A stretch of DNA of 64,000 nucleotides from an uncultured Candidatus Rokubacteria bacterium (GTDB lineage: Bacteria; Methylomirabilota; Methylomirabilia; Rokubacteriales; CSP1-6), in assembly GCA_963747235.1 (NCBI GenBank), contig CAVVEU010000008.1, positions 416,001 to 480,000 of the forward strand, in the 5' to 3' direction. Below the pieces are notes generated by a model. It was not told where the DNA came from and did no database searches. It saw nothing but the letters and a program-made list of their open reading frames with translations. Each line of letters begins with the position of its first letter. Within the stretch, counting starts at the first letter, position 1. Below are positions 46,246 through 56,938 of the stretch, piece after piece. The translations under genes were made by a program, and so were the position numbers.

Positions 46246-47934
46246 ATGGGAAATGTTCCGCTCGACGCGGTGACGGTCGAGGTGGTCCGCGCCGCGCTCA
46301 ACGCGGCGGCCGAGCGCATGCGGATCACCATGATCAAGACCGCCTACAACCACATCATCAGCGAGAGCCTCGACTTCGGCTGCGCGATCTTCGATCCCGA
46401 CGTGCAGATGATCGCCCAGGGCATCGGGCTGCCAGTGTTCCAGGGCCACCTGGGCTTCCCCATCCAGGCCACCCTCGCCGATCGGGGCCTCGAGGCCTTC
46501 CGCGAGGGCGACGTCTTCATCCACAACGATCCCTACGCGGGCAACGGCAACCACCTGAACGACGTGGCCATGTACGCGCCGGTGTTCTGGGAGGGGGTGC
46601 TCACCGGTTTCGTCTCGGTGAAGGCCCACTGGAGCGACGTGGGCGGCCCGGTGCCGAGCTCCATGCAGGTGGGCTCGCGGGAGTTCCGGCAGGAGGGGCT
46701 TCGCTTCCAGTCGGTGCGCCTCTTCAGCCGCGGGGAGCTGAACGACGAGGTGATGCGGATGATCCGGGGCAACATCCGCACCGAGAGCGGCACGATGAAG
46801 GACATCCAGGCCATGATCGCGGTCTGCCGCGCCGGCCTGGCCTACTTCCACGAGATCCTCGGCAAGTACGGGCGCGACACCGTGCTCGACTCCACCCGGG
46901 TCTACCTCGAGCAGTCCGAGCGTCGCACGCGCGCCGAGCTGGCCCGCATCCCGTCGGGGACGTATCGGGCGGTGGCCCACTTCGACAACGACGGCATCAG
47001 CCTCGACCAGCCGGTGCGCATCGAGATGGCCATCACGGTGGACGCGGGCGCGATGACGGTGGACTTCGAGGGCTCGAGCCCGCAGGTGGTGGGCCCGTTC
47101 AACTGCGGCGACGCGATCACGGTCAGCGCGTGCCGGCTCCTGATCAAGTGCCTGACCACGCCGCTCACCCCGGTGGACGAGGGCTGCTTCCGGCCGCTCA
47201 CCGTGCGCATCCCGGCGCGCTCGGTGCTGGCCTGCGAGGAGCCCGCGCCGACCGCGCGCTACTACGTGCCGATCAACCTGCTGATCGACCTGGGCCTGCG
47301 CGCGCTCTCCGAGGCGCTGCCCGAGGGCATCCCGGCCGGCTCCTACGGGGACCAGATGCCCACGATCGCGTTCGGGACCCATCCCGACACCGGGCGCCTC
47401 TTCATCCAGGGCGATCTCAACGCGGGCGGCACCGGGGCGCGGCCGGCCTATGACGGCGAGTCCGGCATGATCATCTTCGCGGGCTCGACCGCGCGGAACA
47501 ATCCGGTCGAGGTGGTGGAGTCGCGCATCCCGACCATCCGCATCCTCAAGTACGGGCTCCGGCCGGACTCGGGCGGCGCCGGGCGGTATCGGGGCGGCCT
47601 TGGCATCGAGCGGCTCTACGAGTTCCTGGCGCCGGCCTTCATCACCTTCAGCCTCGAGCGCAAGGTCACGCCGCCCTGGGGCCTGCAAGGCGGGAAGGAC
47701 GGCGCGGTGAACGGCGTCGAGATCACCGCGCCCGACGGGGCGGTGCGGCACGTGCGCAAGGCGACCCAGCATCCGATCGCGGCGGGCGAGCGCGTGCGCA
47801 TCATGACCGGCGGCGGCGGCGGCTTCGGCCCGGCCGCCGAGCGGGATGAGGCGGCGGTGCGGCGCGACGTCCGCGAGGGCTACGTGACGCCGGAGGCCGC
47901 GCGGCGCGACTACGGCGCCCGCGGCGGGGCCTAG
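46246..47934 (+). CDS. Hydantoinase B/oxoprolinase subunit
   Basis: HNDPY...HLND, AHWSDVGG, QEG, DSGGAGRYRGG, GGGGFG. Confidence 0.96.
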   Translation: MGNVPLDAVTVEVVRAALNAAAERMRITMIKTAYNHIISESLDFGCAIFDPDVQMIAQGIGLPVFQGHLGFPIQATLADRGLEAFREGDVFIHNDPYAGNGNHLNDVAMYAPVFWEGVLTGFVSVKAHWSDVGGPVPSSMQVGSREFRQEGLRFQSVRLFSRGELNDEVMRMIRGNIRTESGTMKDIQAMIAVCRAGLAYFHEILGKYGRDTVLDSTRVYLEQSERRTRAELARIPSGTYRAVAHFDNDGISLDQPVRIEMAITVDAGAMTVDFEGSSPQVVGPFNCGDAITVSACRLLIKCLTTPLTPVDEGCFRPLTVRIPARSVLACEEPAPTARYYVPINLLIDLGLRALSEALPEGIPAGSYGDQMPTIAFGTHPDTGRLFIQGDLNAGGTGARPAYDGESGMIIFAGSTARNNPVEVVESRIPTIRILKYGLRPDSGGAGRYRGGLGIERLYEFLAPAFITFSLERKVTPPWGLQGGKDGAVNGVEITAPDGAVRHVRKATQHPIAAGERVRIMTGGGGGFGPAAERDEAAVRRDVREGYVTPEAARRDYGARGGA

Positions 47935-47946
47935 CCGGGCGGCCTC

Positions 47947-49165
47947 ATGGCTTCGCTCCGCGCGATCCGCTGCGGCACGCTGTTCGACGGGACCGGCGCG
48001 GCGCCCGTGCGCTCCGCGGTGGTGGTGGTGGACGGCGCGCGGATCACGGCCATCGGCCCCGCCGCCACCACGCCGGTGCCCGCGGGCGCCGAGGTCCTCG
48101 ACTGGAGCGATCGCTTCGTGATGCCGGGCCTGGTGGATGCCCACAGCCACATCTCGATCGTGCCGGGCGACGGCGACCAGATCGGCCAGCTCCGGCAGGA
48201 GGCGGTGCCGCAGGCGTTGCGCGCGACCGCGAACCTGCGGCGCGACCTGGCCTCCGGCACCACCACGCTGCGGGTGATGACCGAGGAGCACTTCCTCGAC
48301 GTGGCGGTGCGGGAGGCGATCGAGGCGGGCGTGATCCCGGGACCGCGCCTGCTCTGCGGCACGCGCGGCATCACCTCCAGCAACGGCCACGGCCGCGCGC
48401 ACTCCGCCTTCGACGGGGTGGACGAGATCCGCCGCGGGGTGCGCGAGAACTTCCAGCGCGGCGCCGATCACGTCAAGATCTTCGCCACCGGGGGAGTCAG
48501 CTCGCCGGGCACCACGCTGAACGCGAGCGTCTACTCGCGCGAGGAGATCCGGGCCGCGGTCGAGGAGGCGGAGCGGGCCGGGAAGTACGCGGCGGCCCAC
48601 GCCCACGGGGGCCCCGGGCTCCGTCTCTGCGTGGAGGAGGGCGTCTCCACCATCGAGCACGCCGGGCTCGCCACCGACGACGACGTCGCGCTGATGAAGG
48701 AGCATCGCGCCTGGCTCATCTGCACCTTCTCGATCTTCATGCACGCGCGCGGCATCGAGCAGGGCGACGGGCGCAACCCCGCGATCATGGCGAAGCTGGC
48801 CGCGGCGCGCCGGACGATCGCGGAGACCTTCCCGCGCCACCTGGCCTCGGGGGTGCGCTACGCCTCCGGCACCGATGGGGTGCACGGCGCGATGCCCTTC
48901 GAGCTGGAGACGCTGGTGCGCTTCGGGGTCTCCACGGCGGACGCGCTGCTGTCGGGCACGCGCTGGGCGGCCGAGGCCTGCCGCATGGACTCGGAGGTGG
49001 GCAGCCTGGCGCCGGGCAAGCGCGCGGATCTGATCGCGATCGAGGGCGACCCGCTGGCGGACATCGAGGCGCTCCGCCGGGTGCGCCTCGTCATGAAGGA
49101 CGGTGAGGTTCAGGACGTCATGTCGAACAATTATGGGAGGAACGGCAAGGGGGAGGAACGGGTGA
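47947..49165 (+). CDS. Metal-dependent amidohydrolase (stop lost in this assembly; end approximate)
   Basis: MPGLVDAHSH, HVKIFATGG, AHAHG, IEHA, GTDG, ADLIAIEGDPL, VMKDG. Confidence 0.88.
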
Positions 49166-50749
49166 TGGCGGATCGGGAGCGGACGGCGGACTGGGATCGG
49201 AGCACGCGGCGGGAGTGGCTGGGTCGGATGGGCGGGCTCGCCGCGGGGGCGGGGCTGGCCTCGATGGGCGGCGCGGGCCTCGCGGCGCGCCCGGCGTGGG
49301 CGCAGGGGCAGCCCAAGCGCGGCGGGCATCCTGAAGGTCGCCACCGTGGACAAGCCGGTGAACATGGACCCGGGCTTCGCCCAGCTCTACTCCTCGCTCC
49401 AGGTCTACCAGAACGTCTACAACAAGCTCGTCTACGTGGACGATGCCGGCCAGTTCGTGCCCGGCCTCGCGAAGTCGTGGAAGCAGGACGGCGAGAAGAC
49501 CTGGGTCTTCGACCTGGTGGACAACGCCACCTTCCACAACGGCGAGCCGTTCACCGCCAAGGACGTGGCCTTCACCTTCAACCGGCTGCTCGACGCCAAG
49601 AACAAGCTGCCGATGCGCGTGTTCTTCTCGCCGGTCGAAGGCGTGGAGGCGGTCGGGGCGCATCAGGTGCGCTTCAGCCTGAGCCGGCCGTTCGGCCCGC
49701 TCTTCGCGATGCTGTCGCAGGCCACCGAGATCGTCAACGAGAAGGCGCTCGCCGAGAAGGATCCGAAGCTGTTCCCGATCGGCACCGGGCCCTATCGCTT
49801 CGTGGAGTGGGTGAAGGACGACCACATCACGCTCGAGCGCTGGGACAAGTACTTCCGGCCCAACCGCCCGTACCTCGACCGCATCATCTTCCATTCGCCG
49901 GCCGACGACACGGTGCGGCTCACCGGGCTCCAGACCGGGCGCTTCAACTGGATCCAGACCGTGCCGCCGCAGCGCATCGCGGAGCTCGAGCGGCTGCCGC
50001 GCGAGATGAAGTCCTCGCCCGGCAAGCCCTACTTCCCGTTCTACCTGATGCTGAACGCGAGCCGCCCGCCGCTCAACGACAAGCGCCTGCGGCAGGCCCT
50101 GGCGTGGACGATCGACCGGTCCGAGATCGTCAAGCTCGTCTACTTCGACACCCACGTGGTCACCGCGGAGCCCACTCCGGCGCCGAGCCCGTGGGCCACC
50201 GGGGTGAACGCCCACAAGGGCGGCCCCGACCTGGCGAAGGCCAGGCAGCTCCTCGCCGAGGCGGGCCACGGCAACGGGCTCACCCTGACCTATCTCGTGA
50301 AGTCGCAGGTGCCGGTGCTGGTCAAGACCGGCGAGATCCTGCGCGAGCAGCTCAAGAAGGTGGGCATCACGCTCGACGTGCGGCCGCTCGAGTCCGGGCA
50401 GTACTTCGAGGAGCTGGTCGGCAAGAAGTTCGACATCGCGGGCGGGTGGTGGAGCGTCACGGTGGACCCGGACATGTTCTACTACCCGATGCAGCACTCG
50501 TCCTCGGCGTGGAACTTCTGCGGGTTCAAGTCGGAGGAGGCGGACAAGCGGCTCGACGCCTTCCGCTTCACCGCGAACGTGGCCGCGCGCAAGAAGATGT
50601 ACCCGGAGCTGGTGCGCTACTTCCAGGAGGAAGGCTCGCTGATCGTCTTCAGCAACGAGCTGCAGCGCTACTGGATGAAGCCCAACGTGCAGGGCTCGGC
50701 GCCGCTGTCCTCGCTCGAGCTGCGCTTCGAGGACACCTGGCTGAGTTGA
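49165..50749 (+). CDS. Family 5 ABC substrate-binding protein, Tat-exported (frameshift near 49330)
   Basis: TRREWL leader, PKRGG, PGLAKSW, FHNGEPFTAKDV, PIGTGPY. Confidence 0.9.
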
Positions 50750-50754
50750 TTGAA

Positions 50755-50786
50755 CTGGGGGGAGCGAGCGCCGCTCCTCCCCCAGG
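50755..50786 (+). other. Intercistronic GC-rich stem-loop after the SBP gene
   Basis: CTGGGGGGAGCG...CGCTCC(TC)CCCCAG pairs. No U-tract, so probably mRNA-stabilising or a REP-like element. Confidence 0.45.
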
Positions 50787-50814
50787 CCCCCCCACCGCTC
50801 TCGAACAGCGCGAG

Positions 50815-51760
50815 ATGATTCTCGTACGCGGTGCGGCGGCTGGCCTTGGCGGTGCCGCTGCTGCTCGGCATGAGCGTGCTGATCTTCGCGCTCATGCGCC
50901 TGGTGCCGGGCGACCCGGCGGTGGCGGTGCTGGGCTACAAGGCCACGCCCGACGGCATCCGGGCGCTGCGCGAGGCCTTCCACCTCGACGAGCCGGTGCC
51001 GCAGCAGTACCTGCGCTGGCTCGGCGCGGCCGCGCGCGGAGACCTCGGCCACGACTTCCGCCAGAACGAGCCCATCGGCCGGATGATCCTCGACCGGTTG
51101 CCGGTGACGCTCGAGCTGACCCTGCTCGCCGCGCTCTGCACGGTGCTGATCGGGGTGCCGCTCGGCCTTCTGGCCGGCGGCCGGCGCGGCGGGGCCGCGG
51201 ATCGGGCCGCGCTCGCGGTGGGCCTGCTCGGGGTCTCGGTGCCCGACTTCTGGCTCGGGATCATGCTGATCCTGGGCCTCTCGCTGGGCGCCGGGCTGCT
51301 GCCCTCGGGCGGGTGGGTGCCGTTCGCGGAAAGTCCGCTCGAGAACCTGATCCACATGGCGCTCCCGGCCCTGACGCTGGCGGTGAGCCGCGCGGCGGTG
51401 CTCGGCCGGCTGACCCGCGCCGCGGTGCTCGACACCATGCACAAGAGCTTCGTGCAGTACGCGCGCGCCAAGGGCCTCGGCGAGCGCGCCATCCTCTTCC
51501 GGCACGTGCTGCCCAACGCGGCGATCCCGATCGTCACGGTGCTCGGGCTGCAGGTCGGCTACATGCTGGGCGGCGCCATCGTGGTCGAGATGATCTTCAC
51601 GCTGCCCGGCCTCGGGCGCATGACGCTGGACGCGGTGCTCGAGCGCAACTACCCGGTGGTGCAGAGCGCGGTGCTGGTGATCGGCGCGATGTTCATGCTG
51701 GTGAACCTGGTCACCGACGTGCTCTACGGCGCCATCGACCCGCGCGTGCGGCGGCGCTGA
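50815..51760 (+). CDS. ABC permease DppB/OppB-like (start uncertain)
   Basis: RLVPGDPA, GDLG, VPDFWLG, YARAKGL, GGAIVVEMIFTLPGLG, DPRVR. Confidence 0.93.
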
Positions 51761-52596
51761 TGCGACCGTCGGGGATGAAGCTGGAGGGAGTGACCGTGGC
51801 CGGGCTCGCGGTGGTGGCCGCGCTCGCGCTGATCGCGGTCCTCGCGCCGCATGTCGTGCCGGGCAGCCCCACCGAGATCGCCAAGGACCACGCGCTGCGC
51901 GGCCCCACCTGGGGCCAGCCCTTCGGCATGGACGACCTCGGGCGGTCCATCCTGAGCCGGGTCGCGCACGCCTACCGCGTCTCGCTCGGCGTCGCGCTGG
52001 CCTCGGTGGCGCTGGCCCTGCTGGTCGGCCTCCCGCTCGGCCTGGTGGCGGGCTACGCGGAGGGCGCGCTCGATCAGCTCATCATGCGGCCGCTCGATGT
52101 GCTGATGGCGTTCCCCGCGATTCTCCTCGCGATCGCCCTCATGAGCGTGTTCGGCACCGGCGTGGTGCTGGTGGCCGCCTCGCTCGCGGTGGTCTACACC
52201 CCGATCGTGGCGCGCGTGGTCCGGGCCGCGGTGCTCGCGGTCAAGGCGGAGGTCTACGTGGACGGCGCGAGGGCGCTGGGCGCGCCGGCGCCCCGGCTGG
52301 TGCTGCGCCACATCCTGCCCAACGCGGCGACGCCGGTGCTGGTGCAGGCCTCGGTGCTGATGGCGATCGCGATCCTGGTCGAGGCCTCGCTGTCGTTCCT
52401 CGGGGTCGGCGTGCGGCCGCCGACGCCCTCGCTCGGGCTCATGCTGGCCGACGGCCGCGGCTTCATGGTGCAGGCGCCCTGGATGGTGATCTTCCCCGGG
52501 CTGGCCATCATGGCCGCGGTGCTCGGCTTCAACATGGTGGCCGACGGACTGCGCGACTGGCTCGACCCGCGTTCTGGCGGTAGCATGGGGGCATGA
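51760..52596 (+). CDS. ABC permease DppC/OppC-like
   Basis: GMDDLGRSI, YVDGARALGA, HILPN, EASLSFLG, DGLRDWLDPR. Confidence 0.93.
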   Translation: MRPSGMKLEGVTVAGLAVVAALALIAVLAPHVVPGSPTEIAKDHALRGPTWGQPFGMDDLGRSILSRVAHAYRVSLGVALASVALALLVGLPLGLVAGYAEGALDQLIMRPLDVLMAFPAILLAIALMSVFGTGVVLVAASLAVVYTPIVARVVRAAVLAVKAEVYVDGARALGAPAPRLVLRHILPNAATPVLVQASVLMAIAILVEASLSFLGVGVRPPTPSLGLMLADGRGFMVQAPWMVIFPGLAIMAAVLGFNMVADGLRDWLDPRSGGSMGA

Positions 52597-53840
52597 AGAC
52601 TCAGCGGTTCGTCATCGTGGGGGCCGCCCTGGCGGGCGCGAGCGCGGCGGCGGCGCTCCGTGAAGGGGGCTTCGACGGCCGGATCACCCTGATCGGCGCC
52701 GAGCCGCTGATGCCGTACAATCGCCCGCCGCTCTCGAAGGGCTATCTCCGCGGCCAGGACCGCTTCGAGGATCAGCTCGTCAATCCGCCCGCGTACTATG
52801 CCGAGCACGACATCACGCTGCGGTCGGGGGTGCGCGCGGACGCCATCGATCCGGGGCGCAAGATCGTCACCCTGGAGCGCGGCGACGAGGTCCCGTACGA
52901 CCGGCTCCTGGTGACCACCGGCGGGCGCAACCGGACGCTGACGACGCCCGGGGCCAACCTGCCCGGCATCTTCCAGCTCCGGACCGTGGAGGACTGCGAT
53001 CGGCTCCGCGCCGTGGCCAAGCCCGGGCGCCGCGCGGTCGTGATCGGCCTGGGGTTCATCGGCTCCGAGGTGACCGCGTCGCTCCGCCAGATGGGCGTCG
53101 AGGTCACGGCGGTCGAGGGCAATCCGGCGCCGCTGGCGCGGGTGCTCGGCCCGGAGGTCGGCGCGGTGCTGGCCGGCATCCATCGCGAGAAGGGCGTGGA
53201 GCTGGTCCTGGAAGACTCGGTCGCGGCCTTCGAGGGCACGGGCTGGGTGGAGCGCGTGCGCACGACGAAGGGGCGGGTGCTGCCGTGCGACTTCGTGGTG
53301 GCCGGCATCGGCATCGTGCCCAACGCGGAGCTGCTCGCCGCCGCGGGGGCGACGGTGGACAACGGCGTGCTCGTGGACGAGCGCTGTCGCACCTCGCTGC
53401 CGGACGTCTACGCGGCGGGCGACGTGGCGAACCATCTCCATCCCGTCTTCGGGCGGCTGCGCGTCGAGCACTGGAACAATGCCTACCGGCAGGGGCGGGC
53501 CGCGGCCCGCGCGATGCTGGACGGGCCCGAGCCCTACGACTACATGCACTCGTTCTGGTCGGATCAGTACGAGCACGTGATCGAGTACATCGGCTTCGCG
53601 GCGTCCTGGGACCGGCTCGTGTTCCGGGGCGATCCGGCCGGCCGGAAGTTCCTCGGCTTCTACGTGAAGGACGGGGTCGTGCGCGCGGCGGTGGGGCTCG
53701 ATCGCGGCGGCGATCCGGAGGATCCCAAGGGCGACAGCGAGCTGGCGGTGGTCGCGGGCCTCATCCGGGATCGCGTCCCGGCCGATCCGGGGCGGCTGGC
53801 CGACGAGGGCGTGGACCTCAAGCGCCTCGCCCGCCCATAG
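52593..53840 (+). CDS. NAD(P)H:ferredoxin reductase-like FAD oxidoreductase
   Basis: IVGAALAG, PYNRPPLSK, IGLGFIGSE, TSLPDVYAAGDVA, RVEHW, FWSDQY. Confidence 0.93.
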   Translation: MKTQRFVIVGAALAGASAAAALREGGFDGRITLIGAEPLMPYNRPPLSKGYLRGQDRFEDQLVNPPAYYAEHDITLRSGVRADAIDPGRKIVTLERGDEVPYDRLLVTTGGRNRTLTTPGANLPGIFQLRTVEDCDRLRAVAKPGRRAVVIGLGFIGSEVTASLRQMGVEVTAVEGNPAPLARVLGPEVGAVLAGIHREKGVELVLEDSVAAFEGTGWVERVRTTKGRVLPCDFVVAGIGIVPNAELLAAAGATVDNGVLVDERCRTSLPDVYAAGDVANHLHPVFGRLRVEHWNNAYRQGRAAARAMLDGPEPYDYMHSFWSDQYEHVIEYIGFAASWDRLVFRGDPAGRKFLGFYVKDGVVRAAVGLDRGGDPEDPKGDSELAVVAGLIRDRVPADPGRLADEGVDLKRLARP

Positions 53841-53858
53841 TGGTAAACTCCTGACATC

Positions 53859-54810
53859 ATGAGCTTCGACTACGGCAAGTACTTCGGCGAGATCAAGCTG
53901 ACGCACGACCTCCTCTCGAAGAAGGAGGAGCGCACCTGGCTGCTCAAGCCGCCGCGCGACGGCGAGCGCCACGATGTCGTCCTCTACCTGGGCTGCAACG
54001 TGCTGCGGACCTCGCACCTGGTCGAGACGGTGGGCGCGGTCTTCGACCGGCTCGGGCTCGACTACGTGGCCGCGGGCGGGCCGACCTACTGCTGCGGCAT
54101 CCAGCACCACCGCCGCGGGCAGGAGGCGTCGGGCGAGCGCTACGCCAATCACACCGTGGAGCTGCTGCAGAGCATGGCGCCGCGCGAGGTCGTGATGTGG
54201 TGCCCGTCGTGCATCCAGTTCTACGACGAGGTGCTGCAGGCCGAGCTGCCGTTCCCGAAGCGCCACACCGCCGAGTTCCTGGCCGACTGTCTCGACCGCG
54301 GGCTCTTCACGTTCACCCAGCGGGTCGAGGCCACCGTGGCGCTGCACTATCACTACGCGACGGAGGCCCGGGCGCGCGAAGGGCGGGCCGCGCGGCGGCT
54401 GCTGGAGGCGGTGCCCGGTATCACGGTGATCGACTTCGAGCCCGACGCGCGCTGGGGGCGCACGTGCACGCCGGCGCTCCAGGAGCAGCTCGGGCCCGCG
54501 GTCTGGCGGCAGATGGCGCTCGACGACATCGACCGGGCGGTCGGGGCGGGGGCCACGCACCTGGCCGGCATCTACCACGGCTGCCATCGCGATCAGTGCC
54601 GGTTCGAGCGCGAGCGGCCCGATCGTGGTCGAGCACTACCTGACGCTCTTCGCGCGCGCCCTCGGCATCGAGTTCGAGGACACCTACAAGAAGTACATGC
54701 ACATGGGCGACCCCGACCGGATCCTGGAGGACGCGAGCCCCTGCATGGCCGCCAACGGGGTCGATCCCGAGAAGGCGCGCGGGCTCGTCATCAAGACCTT
54801 CTCGGCGTGA
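53859..54810 (+). CDS. CCG-domain (HdrB/GlpC-like) Fe-S protein (frameshift near 54620)
   Basis: YLGCN...YCCG...WCPSC in the first domain. Degenerate second domain (RTC...YHGCHR). Confidence 0.75.
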
Positions 54811-55735
54811 CGCCGGTCGCCCGAGCAGGTCCAGTTCGCCCCGGAGGACGACGTGCCGATCCGGTACATGGATCGGACGCGTGAGTACTACCAGGCGCTC
54901 GGCTTCGCCCCGTACCGCTGGGCCCACTTCACCGACGCGCCGTTCACGCCGCTCGCCATGCCGCTCGCGCGGGCCCGGGTCGCGCTGATCACGACCGCGG
55001 CGCCCGTTCCAGCCGGAGGCCGGCGACCAGGGGCCGCGCGCGCCGTACAACGCGGCCGCGAAGTTCTACCAGGTGTACTCGGCGCCGGTGGACAGCAAGC
55101 CCGATCTCCGCATCTCGCACGTGGGCTACGATCGGGCGAACACGGTGCCCGAGGACCTCAACGCCTACGTTCCGCTGGCCAGGCTGCAGGACGCGGTCGC
55201 GGCGGGACGGATCGGCAGCCTGACCCCGCGCTTCCATGGCGCGCCGACGAATCGCAGCCACCGGGTGACCATGGAGACCGACGCCCCCGAGCTGCTGCGC
55301 CGCTGCCGGGAGGACGGCGCCGACGCGGTCGTCCTCGTCCCGAGCTGACCGGTCTGCCACCAGACCGTGGGTCTGGCCGCCCGGCACCTGGAGGCGAACG
55401 GCATCCCGACCGTGATCATGGGCTGCGCCAAGGACATCGTGGAGCACTGTGGCGTGCCGCGCTTCGTGTGGAGCGACTTCCCGCTCGGCAACTCGGCCGG
55501 GCGGCCCTTCGACGTGGAGTCCCAGGCGCAGACGCTCGAGCTGGCCTTCCGGCTGCTCGAGACCGCGCCGGTGGCCCGGACCACGGTGGCGTCGCCGCTC
55601 CGCTGGGCCGCGGACGCGGCGTGGAAGCATCGCTTCCTCGACGTCGGGAAGCTCTCGCCGGAGGCCATCGCGGAGCGGCGGAAGGAGTTCGACGTGGTGA
55701 AGGCGGTGGCGAAGGCCAAGCGCGAGGGCGCGTGA
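54807..55735 (+). CDS. GrdB/PrdB-like (glycine/sarcosine/betaine/proline reductase selenoprotein B family) protein, probable Sec at TGA 55346-55348; frameshift near 55005; start 54807 or 54853
   Basis: PIRYMDRTREYY, PFTPL...ARVALITTA, LRISHVGYDR, GRIG, DAVVLVPS-TGA-PVCHQTVGLAARHLEANGIPTV, VPR...FPLG. Both halves are in frame across the TGA. Confidence 0.88.
55360..55376 (+). promoter_or_regulatory. Putative bacterial SECIS hairpin
   Basis: CCAGACC-[GTG]-GGTCTGG: perfect 7-bp stem starting 11 nt after the TGA, with a G-first apical loop. Confidence 0.65.
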
Positions 55736-56925
55736 GCAAGCCGTTCGCGGGCGTCCGCATCCTGGACTTCACCCGCTATCTCGCCGGCCCGTACGGGACC
55801 TACCAGCTCGCCCTCCTGGGCGCCGACGTCATCAAGATCGAGTCGCACGAGGGCGACGAGACGCGCCTCTCGCCCGCCGATCCCAAGTGGGCGGAGCGGA
55901 AGATGGCCCCGTCGTTCCTCTCCATGAACGGCAACAAGCGGTCGATCACGCTCGATCTCCGGCGCAAGGAGGCGATCGAGGTCGTCCGGCGCCTGGTCGT
56001 CGGGGCGGACGTGGTGTGGGAGAACTTCCGGGGCGGGGTGATGGACCGGCTCGGGCTCGGCTACGAGGCCCTGTCCGCGATCAATCCCAAGCTCATCTAC
56101 TGCGGCGTCTCCGGCTTCGGCCGGACCGGGCCGGAGAAGGCCACCGCGGCCTTCGACGGCAAGCTGCAGGCGATGTCCGGGATCATGTCCATCACCGGCG
56201 AGCCCGCCTCGGGCCCCACGCGCGCCGGGTTCGCGCTCTGCGACACCATCGGCGGCATCACCGCGGCGCTCGCGGTGGCGAGCGCGCTCTACCAGCGGAC
56301 GCATACCGGGCGCGGCCAGCTCGTGGACGTGGCGATGCTGGACGCGGCGCTGGCCTTCATCGCGGGGCCGGTGTCGGAGTACACGGTGGCGGGCGTCGAG
56401 CAGAAGCAGATCGGCAACGGCTCGGTGAGCCGCAAGCCCACCGCGAGCCGCTTCCGCTGCGGCAACGGATTCATCGTGCTGGCGGTGCTGACCGAGAAGC
56501 AGTTCGTCGGCCTGATGAAGGCGCTCGGTCGGCCCGACGCGCTGGCCGACCCGCGCTTCAAGGACTGGCCGGCGCGCACCGCCAACGAGCCGGCGCTGCG
56601 CGAGATCATCGAGAAGGCGCTGGCCACCGACGATCCGCGCACGTGGGAGGCACGGCTGACCGCGGCCGACGTGCCCTGCGGCTCGATCTGGAAGGTGGAC
56701 GAGATCGTGGGCCACCCGCAGCTCGAGCACCGCGACGTGCTCCAGACCATCGACTCGCGCTACGGCCCGATGCGGCTCGTGGGCGCGGGCTTCCGTCTCG
56801 AGCACGGCAGCCCGGGGATCGACCGGGAGCCGCCGACGCTCGGCGAGCACACCGACGAGATCCTGGCCGAGGCCGGCTACACCGCGGAGGAGATCGAGCG
56901 GCTCCGGCGCGACGCGGTGGTGTGA
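55732..56925 (+). CDS. CaiB/BaiF family III CoA-transferase
   Basis: GVRILDFTRYLAGPY, GADVIKIE, NGNKRSITLDL, ENFR, PTLGEHTDEIL. GTGA overlap with the upstream stop. Confidence 0.93.
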   Translation: MSKPFAGVRILDFTRYLAGPYGTYQLALLGADVIKIESHEGDETRLSPADPKWAERKMAPSFLSMNGNKRSITLDLRRKEAIEVVRRLVVGADVVWENFRGGVMDRLGLGYEALSAINPKLIYCGVSGFGRTGPEKATAAFDGKLQAMSGIMSITGEPASGPTRAGFALCDTIGGITAALAVASALYQRTHTGRGQLVDVAMLDAALAFIAGPVSEYTVAGVEQKQIGNGSVSRKPTASRFRCGNGFIVLAVLTEKQFVGLMKALGRPDALADPRFKDWPARTANEPALREIIEKALATDDPRTWEARLTAADVPCGSIWKVDEIVGHPQLEHRDVLQTIDSRYGPMRLVGAGFRLEHGSPGIDREPPTLGEHTDEILAEAGYTAEEIERLRRDAVV

Positions 56926-56938
56926 GGGGGCGCGTCGC

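Noticed and set aside
47947-52596. 1549-aa ORF as an amidohydrolase-SBP-permease fusion
   Set aside because: Artefact of a lost stop and frameshifts. The middle is out-of-frame sequence, and the SBP has its own RBS and Tat leader.
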